Of a stretch of 64,000 nucleotides of DNA, positions 29,718 through 38,744 are shown in pieces (within the stretch, counting starts at the first letter, position 1; every line of letters starts with the position of its first letter). Below the pieces are notes generated by a model that was not told the DNA's origin, made no database searches, and worked only from the letters and a program-made list of their open reading frames with translations. Position numbers and translations under genes: made by a program. Where the stretch lies: the IMG/VR virus record IMGVR_UViG_3300025162_000016, positions 186,001 through 250,000 of that record; one strand, given 5' to 3'.

Positions 29718-29838
29718 GAAACATATGGTAACTCTATTTTAGCATATTTACAAGATATTATAACGCAAACTCGTCATTTTGTTACGGTAATTACTGTCAT
29801 AGGAACAAGTTGTCCATCGCTATAAATAAACCAGTATG

Positions 29839-32481
29839 TCATAGTTTTTCTAATTTCTTTTTTGTTTCTTCGAGTTTAGTTTCAATCGCAACCTGATCGA
29901 TTGTAGGAACCTCAAATCCCATGTTTTTATCTAACATAAAATTGCCTACATGATCTTTTACCGAATACAATCCAAACGATTTAGATGGTTTCCAATTATG
30001 GAATACATATTCCATTGCATCCACATATTGCTTACACATATTAGTGGCATTTATCCCGCCTTCATTGCACGCCCAACGTCTACCTTCGGCCCCACATTTT
30101 TCTCGCATTGATTTAGACATTTTATACCAATACATATATGCATCCGCAATATCTTCCCATTTCGTTAGATCATCGAAAATATACGGAGTAGGAATACTAC
30201 CTTGAATCATTCTAGTAACTGGCCACAAAGGATATGCCCAAACCCCATGATTTTTATATTTTCCCTCGCTATTAGAACCAAATCCCTGACTAAATTTAAT
30301 CGGATTTCCTTCATCGTCGGTTTGACCAATTTGATCTTGAAGACCACCCGTAACTGATACTATTACCGGAGTCTCACACATGATACTTTCAGCACATGAT
30401 AGTCCATAGCCTTCATTCGAATTATGCAAAATAAATGATTTCATGGTATAAGAATTGTCTTCTTCTACCTCAATATTATATACTTTTCCGGTATAAAGAT
30501 ACTTCTCGATTTTATTTATCGACATCAAATAATATCCGTCTTTAAACCAACTTCTGGATGAATCATTATCATCACTGGTATGAGTAAAATATATTTGATG
30601 ATGAGTATTTCCGGGTTTATATCCAGATGTTCCTTCCGCTAAGCGGATTTTTTTATTCAATCTTACCAGTGCGGTTATTAACTGTTGTTGAAGAACATTG
30701 GAAACAGTAACGATTTTAGTATAGTTACTATCGTTCGTATGACCATCGTATCCATCGGAATCTATAAGGCCATTTATGAATGAATTTAGGATAGTTTCAT
30801 CTTTATTAAACAATATTTCCGATGGAATTTTTTTGGTGTTAGAACTGTTTCCACATATTGTTTTGAAAAAGTTTTCCATTATACCTATAAATGGATGGGA
30901 GAAAAATAAATTAGTGCATTTTTTGTTTTTTTGACCATGGGGTTTAATGGAATAACTTCCACCGAATATATTCACAAAGATATTTCCTATCTTATTGATT
31001 TCATCGTTACCATAATCAGAATTAAAACATATATTATTGTTTGATCCATCTCCGCACCATCTTCCTAAGAGATATGCTAAATCGTTGGTCAGTGGAATTT
31101 TTCTATTTAATACATTTTTACTGTGGGGAAGAAATATTTCAGAATCATTGGACAAATACTTTCTGCTTTTGTATTCGGGAATGAATTTTTCCAAATCAAA
31201 AACCACATTTTCGGTCATATTTTCTGTGAGTTTTGGATACATTACTAAATCTCCCGGTGATAATTCTCCGGATGGAATCCATTCCATATATTGTTGAATT
31301 GACTCGTTTTCGTTCAACAATTTATTTTTCATTTTACTTTTCTTTACCGCCCACACTTTATGTTCGGAGGTAAGTTCCAATGGTTCATTTAAGTTAAATG
31401 GAGTAATTTTAACCATTTCACAGTCAACATTATCATATTCAAATGTTTTTAGTACTGGACGAAATCTTCCTTTATGCGTCAAAACGGTTTCTCCAATTTT
31501 TATTTCTTCAATATTTTTGGGTCCGATTTTAGTTGTTACTTTATAACCCGGTGGAATACAAGATGCATTCACAGTGACATCTGCCATGCTATAAAGATAT
31601 GCCATTTCTTCTGGCGGCATTTTTGCGGGAGAAAAAATTATATCATAATCCGGACATAACGCTTCTTTTACTGCAATTAAATTCGTCCCCGCCTCTTGCA
31701 TTATTTCGGTGTGAAGTAACAAACAACATTTTGCCGCTTCTTCTTTGGGAAGATTATCACAGAAAGTGCGGTAACCTAATATAATGTTGCTAGTGCGTTT
31801 TCGTTGAACATTTCTACTATTGTAAAAAATAACGAAATCGTATTTTTTTCCATTAAAAACCGCTTTTCTGCGATCTCTATATTCTTGTGTAGTAGAATCT
31901 TTTTTATGAAACATATCTTCATTGATTCCATGCGGAACATAATGAAGAAGTGTTTTTCCATTCATTGGTTCATTGATGGTACAACAATTCTTAGGATCAA
32001 GAACCCATTTATTAATATTTTCTGTTTGTCTACTAATGGATAGTAATGCATCGCAGCTTTCATAGAACGCTCGATTATACATTGGATACGGAATGTCATC
32101 CCAGATGTTATAATATGTAATCGGGAGTTTTTTACGTAAACTATGTTCCAATGAGAAAAGCCATCCAAAAAATCTTGGATCGGTAATCATGCAAATGGCA
32201 TCGGGGCGTTCTTGATTAATAATAGAATGTAAAATATTTTCATTGCCATATCCATCGACCGGATAAAGTTTTATATATGCATCATTTATTTTTCTAAGTT
32301 GATTTGTTGCTTGTGATAAATCTAAAACCTTTCCGGTGTCTGGATTTTTAATTGCCCCGGCAATACAACAAAAATCATATTTATGCGCACACCCCAGAAT
32401 CATTTCTCGCCCCATAGTTGCAACCCCCGAATGCATTCTTATATCATCTCCAATCCAAAGTATTTTTTTCTTATTGCTCAT
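29839..32481 (-). CDS. GT4-like glycosyltransferase with intein
   Basis: HSGVAT, VPHGI, SRN..RK, AS|SNEGYGLSCAES (ExxxxxxxE). Confidence 0.9.
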   Translation of the reverse strand: MSNKKKILWIGDDIRMHSGVATMGREMILGCAHKYDFCCIAGAIKNPDTGKVLDLSQATNQLRKINDAYIKLYPVDGYGNENILHSIINQERPDAICMITDPRFFGWLFSLEHSLRKKLPITYYNIWDDIPYPMYNRAFYESCDALLSISRQTENINKWVLDPKNCCTINEPMNGKTLLHYVPHGINEDMFHKKDSTTQEYRDRRKAVFNGKKYDFVIFYNSRNVQRKRTSNIILGYRTFCDNLPKEEAAKCCLLLHTEIMQEAGTNLIAVKEALCPDYDIIFSPAKMPPEEMAYLYSMADVTVNASCIPPGYKVTTKIGPKNIEEIKIGETVLTHKGRFRPVLKTFEYDNVDCEMVKITPFNLNEPLELTSEHKVWAVKKSKMKNKLLNENESIQQYMEWIPSGELSPGDLVMYPKLTENMTENVVFDLEKFIPEYKSRKYLSNDSEIFLPHSKNVLNRKIPLTNDLAYLLGRWCGDGSNNNICFNSDYGNDEINKIGNIFVNIFGGSYSIKPHGQKNKKCTNLFFSHPFIGIMENFFKTICGNSSNTKKIPSEILFNKDETILNSFINGLIDSDGYDGHTNDSNYTKIVTVSNVLQQQLITALVRLNKKIRLAEGTSGYKPGNTHHQIYFTHTSDDNDSSRSWFKDGYYLMSINKIEKYLYTGKVYNIEVEEDNSYTMKSFILHNSNEGYGLSCAESIMCETPVIVSVTGGLQDQIGQTDDEGNPIKFSQGFGSNSEGKYKNHGVWAYPLWPVTRMIQGSIPTPYIFDDLTKWEDIADAYMYWYKMSKSMREKCGAEGRRWACNEGGINATNMCKQYVDAMEYVFHNWKPSKSFGLYSVKDHVGNFMLDKNMGFEVPTIDQVAIETKLEETKKKLEKL
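30421..31560 (-). mobile_element. intein with LAGLIDADG homing endonuclease (380 aa)
   Basis: CIPPG start, LTSEH, LLGRWCGDG and INGLIDSDG motifs, ILHN|S end. Confidence 0.92.
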
Positions 32482-33376
32482 TTATCAGTTCTCCTTTTCT
32501 ATTAAAAACCATTTTTTGAAATTTAAATCCTGCATCTAGAATTGATTGTTTTTTAAGATAAAGATTTTTATCAATTCTATTGGTCCATGTGGATTTTACT
32601 TCTACTATTAAATTATCCAATTTTATAAAAATATCCGGAAAATATCTATGTTTTATATTATCTGGCGTATGATACCAGAAAGCTGGCATCTTTGATCTTG
32701 ATACTTCAATATCCGTTTCCTTGTATATTTTTAAAAGTGCATTTATAGCCATTGGCTCGTATCCCTGGATTTTAACTTCCTTCCCAGACGGTAAAATGAA
32801 TTTTTTCATTTTAAACTTTTGCTGCCGTGTATGTATTTCGGAAACCTGTGAAACACTTTCTACTCCATATTTTTTTAAATTAGTATTTTTACATTTCTCT
32901 CGATTTGTATAATTTTTAGTTCCGTGGTTTTTGATACAAGTGGCGTTTTTCTTTTCTAAGACGGATGGTATTTGTAATACATGAGATACTCCGTATTTTT
33001 TAATATTATTAATTTTTCGTGTTTCTTTGGCGGATTTTATTTGGCCATTCCATTTTACTCCATGTTTTTTATAATTAGATTCATTTATTTTTTGTAATCT
33101 GTACGGATGTTTAGATGCGCATTTATCGGAACAAAAAACTGAGTACCCTTTTAATAAACCTTTAAACCCCCTTCCTTCTAATAGTTTATTGCAATTTAAA
33201 CAAAATTGTTCCCCATAAATGTGTTTATATATTTTTTCAGAAATATTACGTCCCAAATAAGCATCGTTAATAAATTTATATGTTGCCGGATGATATGCTT
33301 TAAGTGTACGATAATATAAACGAGTATTTTGTTTGGCTATTGATAATATTTTCTCGTTGGATAATATATCATTCAT
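32471..33376 (-). CDS. free-standing putative homing endonuclease (PD-(D/E)XK/TnsA-like) with KKYGV repeats
   Basis: CxxC/CxxxC, four N.KK(Y/H)G repeats, HRYFPDIF...IVEVKS. Confidence 0.75.
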   Translation of the reverse strand: MNDILSNEKILSIAKQNTRLYYRTLKAYHPATYKFINDAYLGRNISEKIYKHIYGEQFCLNCNKLLEGRGFKGLLKGYSVFCSDKCASKHPYRLQKINESNYKKHGVKWNGQIKSAKETRKINNIKKYGVSHVLQIPSVLEKKNATCIKNHGTKNYTNREKCKNTNLKKYGVESVSQVSEIHTRQQKFKMKKFILPSGKEVKIQGYEPMAINALLKIYKETDIEVSRSKMPAFWYHTPDNIKHRYFPDIFIKLDNLIVEVKSTWTNRIDKNLYLKKQSILDAGFKFQKMVFNRKGELINEQ

Positions 33377-33545
33377 AGGATTTGGCGTTTAATGATCCGC
33401 TGATTGTGGTTCTAATGAAAGATAAACAAGTGTTTGTTATCCATTTTCCAATTATTAGATTTCGTGGGAAACAATAATCATGAATTATTTTGTATTCTTT
33501 TTCAGAAACGTTGACCATGTGCCGTTTGATATGTGATTTTTTCAT
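33369..33545 (-). CDS. small putative RHH-like regulator (58 aa, not in ORF track)
   Basis: MKKSHIKRHMVNVSEKEYKIIHDYC...; starts 3 nt after TATTTATT box, overlaps endonuclease start. Confidence 0.6.
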   Translation of the reverse strand: MKKSHIKRHMVNVSEKEYKIIHDYCFPRNLIIGKWITNTCLSFIRTTISGSLNAKSYE

Positions 33546-33606
33546 GACAATAAATAGTGTTTACATTTGTAAAATCATTTTTATTTTTGTAAAATCTTAT
33601 TTATAT

Positions 33607-34056
33607 TTAATAACTGATTTCTACATTTAGAACAGTGAACGTAATTGTAACAATATTTGGATTTCCTGTGCTGCTCCAATCTAATGTTCCAAATTCAACT
33701 CTACCCGCACCTACTTCAATAGTCCATGTGGTATCGATAGTTCCTACGGGATTTAACTCATTTACGATGATGGTGTTGGTTGGATTGGCTAATACTTTCA
33801 GAATTTTTTGTTCCAACTGAGATGCGAGTGGATTATACAGCGTTAGATCTAATTTGGAATTTTTCCATCCATCTGGACCAGATGAATTAGAATAAACAGG
33901 TAAAGTTACGGATTTTATTACATGAGAAGGAATTCCGGTAAGTGTTGCGATAAATCGCTTTCCTATTTTTGGTTCAAATTCGGTTTGTTCAAATCCGATG
34001 GATTTCAGTTTTTGCTGTAAGTCGGATGCATTTGTATTTTCTGTTGGTTTATTCAT
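33607..34056 (-). CDS. tail tube (T4 gp19)-like protein
   Basis: FEPK..RF, LTLYNP, W.I, FG.LDWS pattern. Confidence 0.6.
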   Translation of the reverse strand: MNKPTENTNASDLQQKLKSIGFEQTEFEPKIGKRFIATLTGIPSHVIKSVTLPVYSNSSGPDGWKNSKLDLTLYNPLASQLEQKILKVLANPTNTIIVNELNPVGTIDTTWTIEVGAGRVEFGTLDWSSTGNPNIVTITFTVLNVEISY

Positions 34057-34061
34057 AAAAA

Positions 34062-34283
34062 TTAAAATTCGCAGGAGCCTGTAACTACAACCGGGATGTT
34101 GACAGTCGTAACGGTGGGGGTATAATTAATGACTTGATCTCGAAATTCAGAATTGGACACGAAGAGATTGACACATTTCTCTACAAGGGATTGTAGAGAG
34201 ATTTTATGACGAATACCGAGAACCTTGAAGTCGTTATATAAGGTTTCGGGAATCTTAACCGTGGTAGCTACTTTATCTTTCAT
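34062..34283 (-). CDS. ribbon-helix-helix DNA-binding protein
   Basis: TTVKIPETLYNDFK...ISLQSLVE. Confidence 0.7.
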   Translation of the reverse strand: MKDKVATTVKIPETLYNDFKVLGIRHKISLQSLVEKCVNLFVSNSEFRDQVINYTPTVTTVNIPVVVTGSCEF

Positions 34284-34286
34284 ATT

Positions 34287-34339
34287 TTATATCCATTACG
34301 TATGTCCTTATATACGGACATAATCATTAATGGATATAA
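34287..34339. repeat. nested inverted repeat upstream of RHH gene
   Basis: TTATATCCATTA/TAATGGATATAA enclosing TATGTCC/GGACATA. Confidence 0.85.
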
Positions 34340-34386
34340 GTATGAAGAAAAAACCGAAAGATAATTATTTTATCGAAAAAAATATT

Positions 34387-35265
34387 TTAGTCAATAATAT
34401 CTGTAATAGCATCACACGTTTTTCCTCGATGTAAGCAATATCGACAATTACTTTTGTTCTTACCGGGAATTTTGGGATATTTTATATCCTCATTATATCT
34501 GCCATCTGGATGAAAACAATCGGAAAGGAATTTATTAAAATGATCTATCACTCGATTTACTTCATTTTGGTCTGCGGGTGGTTTAAAAATTTGAATGCGG
34601 GACTGTTTATATTTGGAGTTTTCGTAGAGTTTACGTTTTAGGATAAAAAATTCTACATCTATTTTTGTCACCGGAACCTCGTGTTTTCGACTATAAAGAG
34701 CTTTATATAATACTAATTGTGAAGTTTTAGCTAAATCCGCTTGTTGAGAGGCATTCCAACCCATTCGAGCGGTTTTAAAATCAAAAATTTTAATTCGACC
34801 GGTTTTTTTCTCTTTTAATACCAAATCGATATACCCATAATAGTTTGTATTATTGAGTAATGGCATATTGAGTTCATCTTCCACTCCTAAAAATTCATAT
34901 TTATCGGCGGGAAAGTGTTGTAGTCGAACCGATGCTTGCATGAATTCATTGATGAAATTGACTCCATCTTCAACGAATTCTTGAATTTCGGTCTGAGTTG
35001 CAATTATTTTGTTATCAGCGACTTCCTGAATGAATGTATCTATGAAAAAATTTCGGAGATTGAGTGTCGTCGCTTTCACCAGTCCTTCCGTATATAGAGT
35101 TTTAACATAAAGTTGAAGAGCTTCATGGATAGCATTCCCATAGGTTAGGTTTAAATTAACTTCCCGAGTTCGTAATCCTTTAATATAATCCAGGTTCCAG
35201 TGGTTGGGGCATGAAAACCATTTACTATATTGACTATAGGATACTACTTTTTTCTTTTCGCTCAT
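34387..35265 (-). CDS. PD-(D/E)XK exonuclease, Cas4/RecB-like
   Basis: SYSQ...CP, GNAIH, GYIDL, DFKT, QL.LY, CRYC...C. Confidence 0.9.
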   Translation of the reverse strand: MSEKKKVVSYSQYSKWFSCPNHWNLDYIKGLRTREVNLNLTYGNAIHEALQLYVKTLYTEGLVKATTLNLRNFFIDTFIQEVADNKIIATQTEIQEFVEDGVNFINEFMQASVRLQHFPADKYEFLGVEDELNMPLLNNTNYYGYIDLVLKEKKTGRIKIFDFKTARMGWNASQQADLAKTSQLVLYKALYSRKHEVPVTKIDVEFFILKRKLYENSKYKQSRIQIFKPPADQNEVNRVIDHFNKFLSDCFHPDGRYNEDIKYPKIPGKNKSNCRYCLHRGKTCDAITDIID

Positions 35266-35330
35266 ATTGTGATATGATATCACCATTCGTTTAAAAAACA
35301 ACTTATTTTATTTTATTACTATTTATTGAA

Positions 35331-36080
35331 GTGAAACAAATTATCTTTTTTCTAATGTTCCTTGTGCTTGGGATAACTATTCTCAATGCAGAAGAGTTTA
35401 CTACCGGTGGGGTATATGTTCAAGTTGCAACTACAAATTCAATTTGTAATTTAATTGGTAGAACCACTAATCATGTAGAACCTCTTATAATCGGCAAAAC
35501 ATATCGACTTGAAACCGACCTCATGGAGATTAAAACAAAAATCGGAGAAACCATTATATTGGCATTATCCACCGGATTGCAAGTAAAAGTATCCCCAAAT
35601 TCATTTTTCTCGGTAGATACCTTTAATCAATTAGTTGTAAATAATGAAAGTCAGCCTGCTTTACTTAAATCGGAATATGCTATTACGGCATTATCTCTTT
35701 TAGACGGTGATATAGAGGTAATTTGCCCAAAAATCGACACTAATTCTCAATGTATTCTACAAACTCCATTGGTTAACTTGACATTAACAAAATGTAAACT
35801 TTCAATTAGATCTAATTTAAAATATGTTATTTTAAATGCTATTGAAGGTGGGGTAACTGTAGTAGATTCGAAGAATAAACAGACCTTTATCGATAAAGGT
35901 AATTTGGGATTGATTATTCAGTATCCTGGTAGAGAAGGTGAAATAATGGTGACTCAGAAAGCTATTTCTCCGGATGAACTGCAAAAAACAACTAAATCTA
36001 TTGATGAACTTGAGAATTATGCGAAAGAAGTGTTGTTTGTGGTAATGGATAAAAAGGTTATTGGGATTCGGTTAAAATAA
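35331..36080 (+). CDS. exported FecR-like domain protein
   Basis: Signal peptide; beta-rich, with L.L.DG, TPL and IEGGVTV motifs. Confidence 0.55.
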   Translation: MKQIIFFLMFLVLGITILNAEEFTTGGVYVQVATTNSICNLIGRTTNHVEPLIIGKTYRLETDLMEIKTKIGETIILALSTGLQVKVSPNSFFSVDTFNQLVVNNESQPALLKSEYAITALSLLDGDIEVICPKIDTNSQCILQTPLVNLTLTKCKLSIRSNLKYVILNAIEGGVTVVDSKNKQTFIDKGNLGLIIQYPGREGEIMVTQKAISPDELQKTTKSIDELENYAKEVLFVVMDKKVIGIRLK

Positions 36081-36728
36081 GTTGCTATGCGGGGATATTC
36101 TGATATTGTGGGAAGATATGGAAATATTAGAATCGACGGATTGTGGAAAACATGATGTTAAAAACATTAAATTTTCACGAGTTTGGGCAATGCCGAACTC
36201 TGATACGTTTAAAGTCAAGCCCATTGGCGAGTTTGTTAAAAAATATCTTGACAAATCGAAAGTAAGTGTAGATTCTTTTGCTCGGAATAATTCATGGTGT
36301 TCCTATACGAATGATATTAATCCTACCACAATTGCCCAATATCATTTAGATGCGGAAGCATTTCATTTGGAATTAGTTAAAAAGGAGATTAAATGTGATT
36401 TATGGGTGTTTGATCCGCCATACTCTCCACGGCAATTAAAAGAATGTTACAATAGTTTTGGCAGAAAAATGCAATTGGAGGATGGACAAACGGCAAGACT
36501 TCGTAAAATATGGAAAGCCACTATGGTTCCGGTGTTAGCATTGGATGCGGTGGTTTTATCTTTTGGATGGAACACGGTTGGAATGGGTAAGAAATTGGGG
36601 TTATCAACTGATGGATTAAATGTTACAATTCTTACAAAATTCTAAAATAATTTATAACTTCAACACAATAAATAATAAAATATTTACTTTTTTATGATTT
36701 TCTACTTTTTACTTTATACTTATATCAT

Positions 36729-36887
36729 ATGGGAAGAAAACGAAAAAATATAACTTATGCACAATTACTTGCGGGTGGACGCTTGCGATCCCGCAAATAT
36801 TATAGTGAAAATAAAGAAGAATGTAAACGAAAAGCATTGGAGAGATATTATTCTATAAAAAATGCTTCTATTACTCCCAAATCATAA
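36729..36887 (+). CDS. small basic protein inside IS (52 aa, not in ORF track)
   Basis: MGRKRKN...RKYYSENKEECKRKALERYY; stop abuts tnpB ATG; TACTTATA box 4 nt upstream. Confidence 0.7.
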   Translation: MGRKRKNITYAQLLAGGRLRSRKYYSENKEECKRKALERYYSIKNASITPKS

Positions 36888-38120
36888 ATGCCTAAATTTC
36901 TAAAAGGATATAAAATTGAATTGGCCCCAAATAAGTGTCAGATGACATTGTTTAGAAAGCATTTTGGAGCCAGCAGATTCGCATTTAATTGGGCGTTACA
37001 AAAGAAAAAAGAAGCATTTGATAGGAAAGAAAAGATTCCGAACAATATTGAATTGCATAGAGAGTTGAATAAACTTAAGGGAACGGATGCCTTACCTTGG
37101 GCTTACGATGTTAGTAAAGTCGCATTTCAGTCGGGTTTAATTAACTGTGATAGAGCATTTCAGAATTTCTTTAATCGTTGTAAGAAAAAAGTCAAAGGGA
37201 AGAAGGGATTCCCAAAATTTAAGTCAAAGAAGAATGAGACACAATCATTCAAATTAGATGGTTCGATATACTTGACAGATAAATCTCACATTAAATTACC
37301 TCGTATTGGTAAAGTCAAGTTAAAAGAATTGGATTACATTCCAATCGATACTGAAATCAAATCAGTAACAATTAGTCGTAAAAGCAGTAAATGGTTCGTA
37401 TCTTGTTTGGTAGAATCTGATATTAAGATGCTCCCACAGACAGATAAGAAAGTTGGAATTGATTTAGGAATTAAGACCTTAGCAACCTGTTCTAATGGGA
37501 CTAAATATGAGAATCCCAACGCATTAAAATTCAATTTACGAAAATTAAAGAGAAAACAACGTCAGTTAAGTAGAAAAAAGAAAGGAAGTCAAAATTATAA
37601 AAAATCAAAGTTAAAACTTTCTAAGTTACATAATAGAATTTCTAACATAAGGAAAGATTCGTCGCACAAAGCGACTTCAAAAATAATTAACGAAAACCAA
37701 GTAATTGTTATTGAAGGATTGAAGATTTCCAATATGTTAAAAAATCACTGTCTTGCTCAGGCAATTAGTGATATGTCTGCCCATGAATTTCGCAGACAGT
37801 TAGAATATAAGGCAAAATGGTATGGTCGTGAAATCATTATTGCCGATACTTACTTTCCATCTAGCAAGACTTGTTCGTGTTGTGGATGGAAGAATGATAA
37901 TCTCACATTGAAAGATAGAATTTTCAAATGTGAGATTTGTAAGAATGAGATGGATAGAGACTTGAATGCCTCTAAAAATCTTGAGAAACTTTCTACCGTC
38001 AGTTCGACGGGAATTTACGCCTTGGGAGATGGGAGTTCGGTTTGTCCAGCAATGGATAAATCTAGCCCGTCGTTGAAAAAGGAATCTAACGGAAAATTTA
38101 CATACACCCTAAAAAGATGA
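36888..38120 (+). CDS. tnpB: TnpB RNA-guided endonuclease (IS607-type)
   Basis: GIDLG, IEGL, DRDLNA; CSCC/CEIC zinc ribbon. Confidence 0.95.
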   Translation: MPKFLKGYKIELAPNKCQMTLFRKHFGASRFAFNWALQKKKEAFDRKEKIPNNIELHRELNKLKGTDALPWAYDVSKVAFQSGLINCDRAFQNFFNRCKKKVKGKKGFPKFKSKKNETQSFKLDGSIYLTDKSHIKLPRIGKVKLKELDYIPIDTEIKSVTISRKSSKWFVSCLVESDIKMLPQTDKKVGIDLGIKTLATCSNGTKYENPNALKFNLRKLKRKQRQLSRKKKGSQNYKKSKLKLSKLHNRISNIRKDSSHKATSKIINENQVIVIEGLKISNMLKNHCLAQAISDMSAHEFRRQLEYKAKWYGREIIIADTYFPSSKTCSCCGWKNDNLTLKDRIFKCEICKNEMDRDLNASKNLEKLSTVSSTGIYALGDGSSVCPAMDKSSPSLKKESNGKFTYTLKR

Positions 38121-38170
38121 ATGTAAATTTTTGTAAGTTTAGAAGAACGGTTTGCAATCGTTGAAATAAT
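37990..38170 (+). ncRNA. predicted TnpB omegaRNA (scaffold to 38150, guide TTTGCAATCGTTGAAATAAT)
   Basis: GC-rich hairpins CCGTCAGTTCGACGG and GATGGG...CCCGTC overlapping tnpB 3' end. Confidence 0.65.
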
Positions 38171-38227
38171 GATGGTTTGTCACGGAGCGGATCATAATGA
38201 CACTATTTGTATGGCAGAAAAAAGAAT

Positions 38228-38692
38228 ATGACATTTGAGGAAGTAAAAGAACTTGGTATCATTTATCATCACAAATTCGTGGTGTTGCAACAGATGAATA
38301 TTATCATTCAGGAATTGATTAAACGGGCGCAAGATCATGATAATAGTAAATTTTCGGAAGAAGAGTTTCCCTTCCTTGTTAAGGCAATGGATGATTTACA
38401 CAAGGTTCAATTTGGAACTCCGGAATATGCGGAAGTGAGAGAAAAGTGGTCTGGTTTATTTAATTCCCATTATAAAAAGAATAGCCATCACCCAGAATTC
38501 TATCCAAATGGGATTGAGGATATGAATCTTTTAGATTTAGTGGAGCTATTATGTGATTGGAAAGCGGCATCTATGCGGAAAGAGAATGGTGGAACAATTT
38601 CAAATTCTATTCGAGTAGGCACAGAAAGATATGGATTAAGTTCTCAGTTAGTAAAAATACTTGAAAATACCGCACGGGCATGTAAGATGTAG
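38228..38692 (+). CDS. HD-like protein (DUF5662-like)
   Basis: HDNSK, HY..N.HHPE, ELLCDW; ATGA overlap with the restored methyltransferase stop. Confidence 0.75.
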   Translation: MTFEEVKELGIIYHHKFVVLQQMNIIIQELIKRAQDHDNSKFSEEEFPFLVKAMDDLHKVQFGTPEYAEVREKWSGLFNSHYKKNSHHPEFYPNGIEDMNLLDLVELLCDWKAASMRKENGGTISNSIRVGTERYGLSSQLVKILENTARACKM

Positions 38693-38744
38693 TCGTAACA
38701 ATTTGAAGTTTAAAATTTAAAATTTAAATCATAATAGGATATTT

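Larger units (their letters stand above)
36601..38150 (+). mobile_element. non-autonomous IS607-type TnpB element
   Basis: Inserted after TGGGG, ends ...GAACGG; TTACAA/TTCTAAA repeats in inverted orientation at both ends; no serine recombinase. Confidence 0.85.
36118..38231 (+). pseudogene. DPPY amino-DNA-methyltransferase-like gene split by IS607-type element (36118-36600 + 38151-38231)
   Basis: FDPPYS; joining 36600 to 38151 reads GMGKKLG|FAIVEIMMVCHGADHNDTICMAEKRI* in frame. Confidence 0.88.

Noticed and set aside
34387-35265. Cas4-like nuclease or the TnpBs as a CRISPR-Cas system
   Set aside because: No repeat-spacer array or cas1/cas2 seen; TnpBs have IS ends; solo Cas4-like nucleases are common in phages
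36601-36887. IStron (group I intron fused to IS607) that would splice and restore the methyltransferase
   Set aside because: Only about 130 nt of very AT-rich sequence precede the small ORF; no group I core recognisable. Infernal could confirm.
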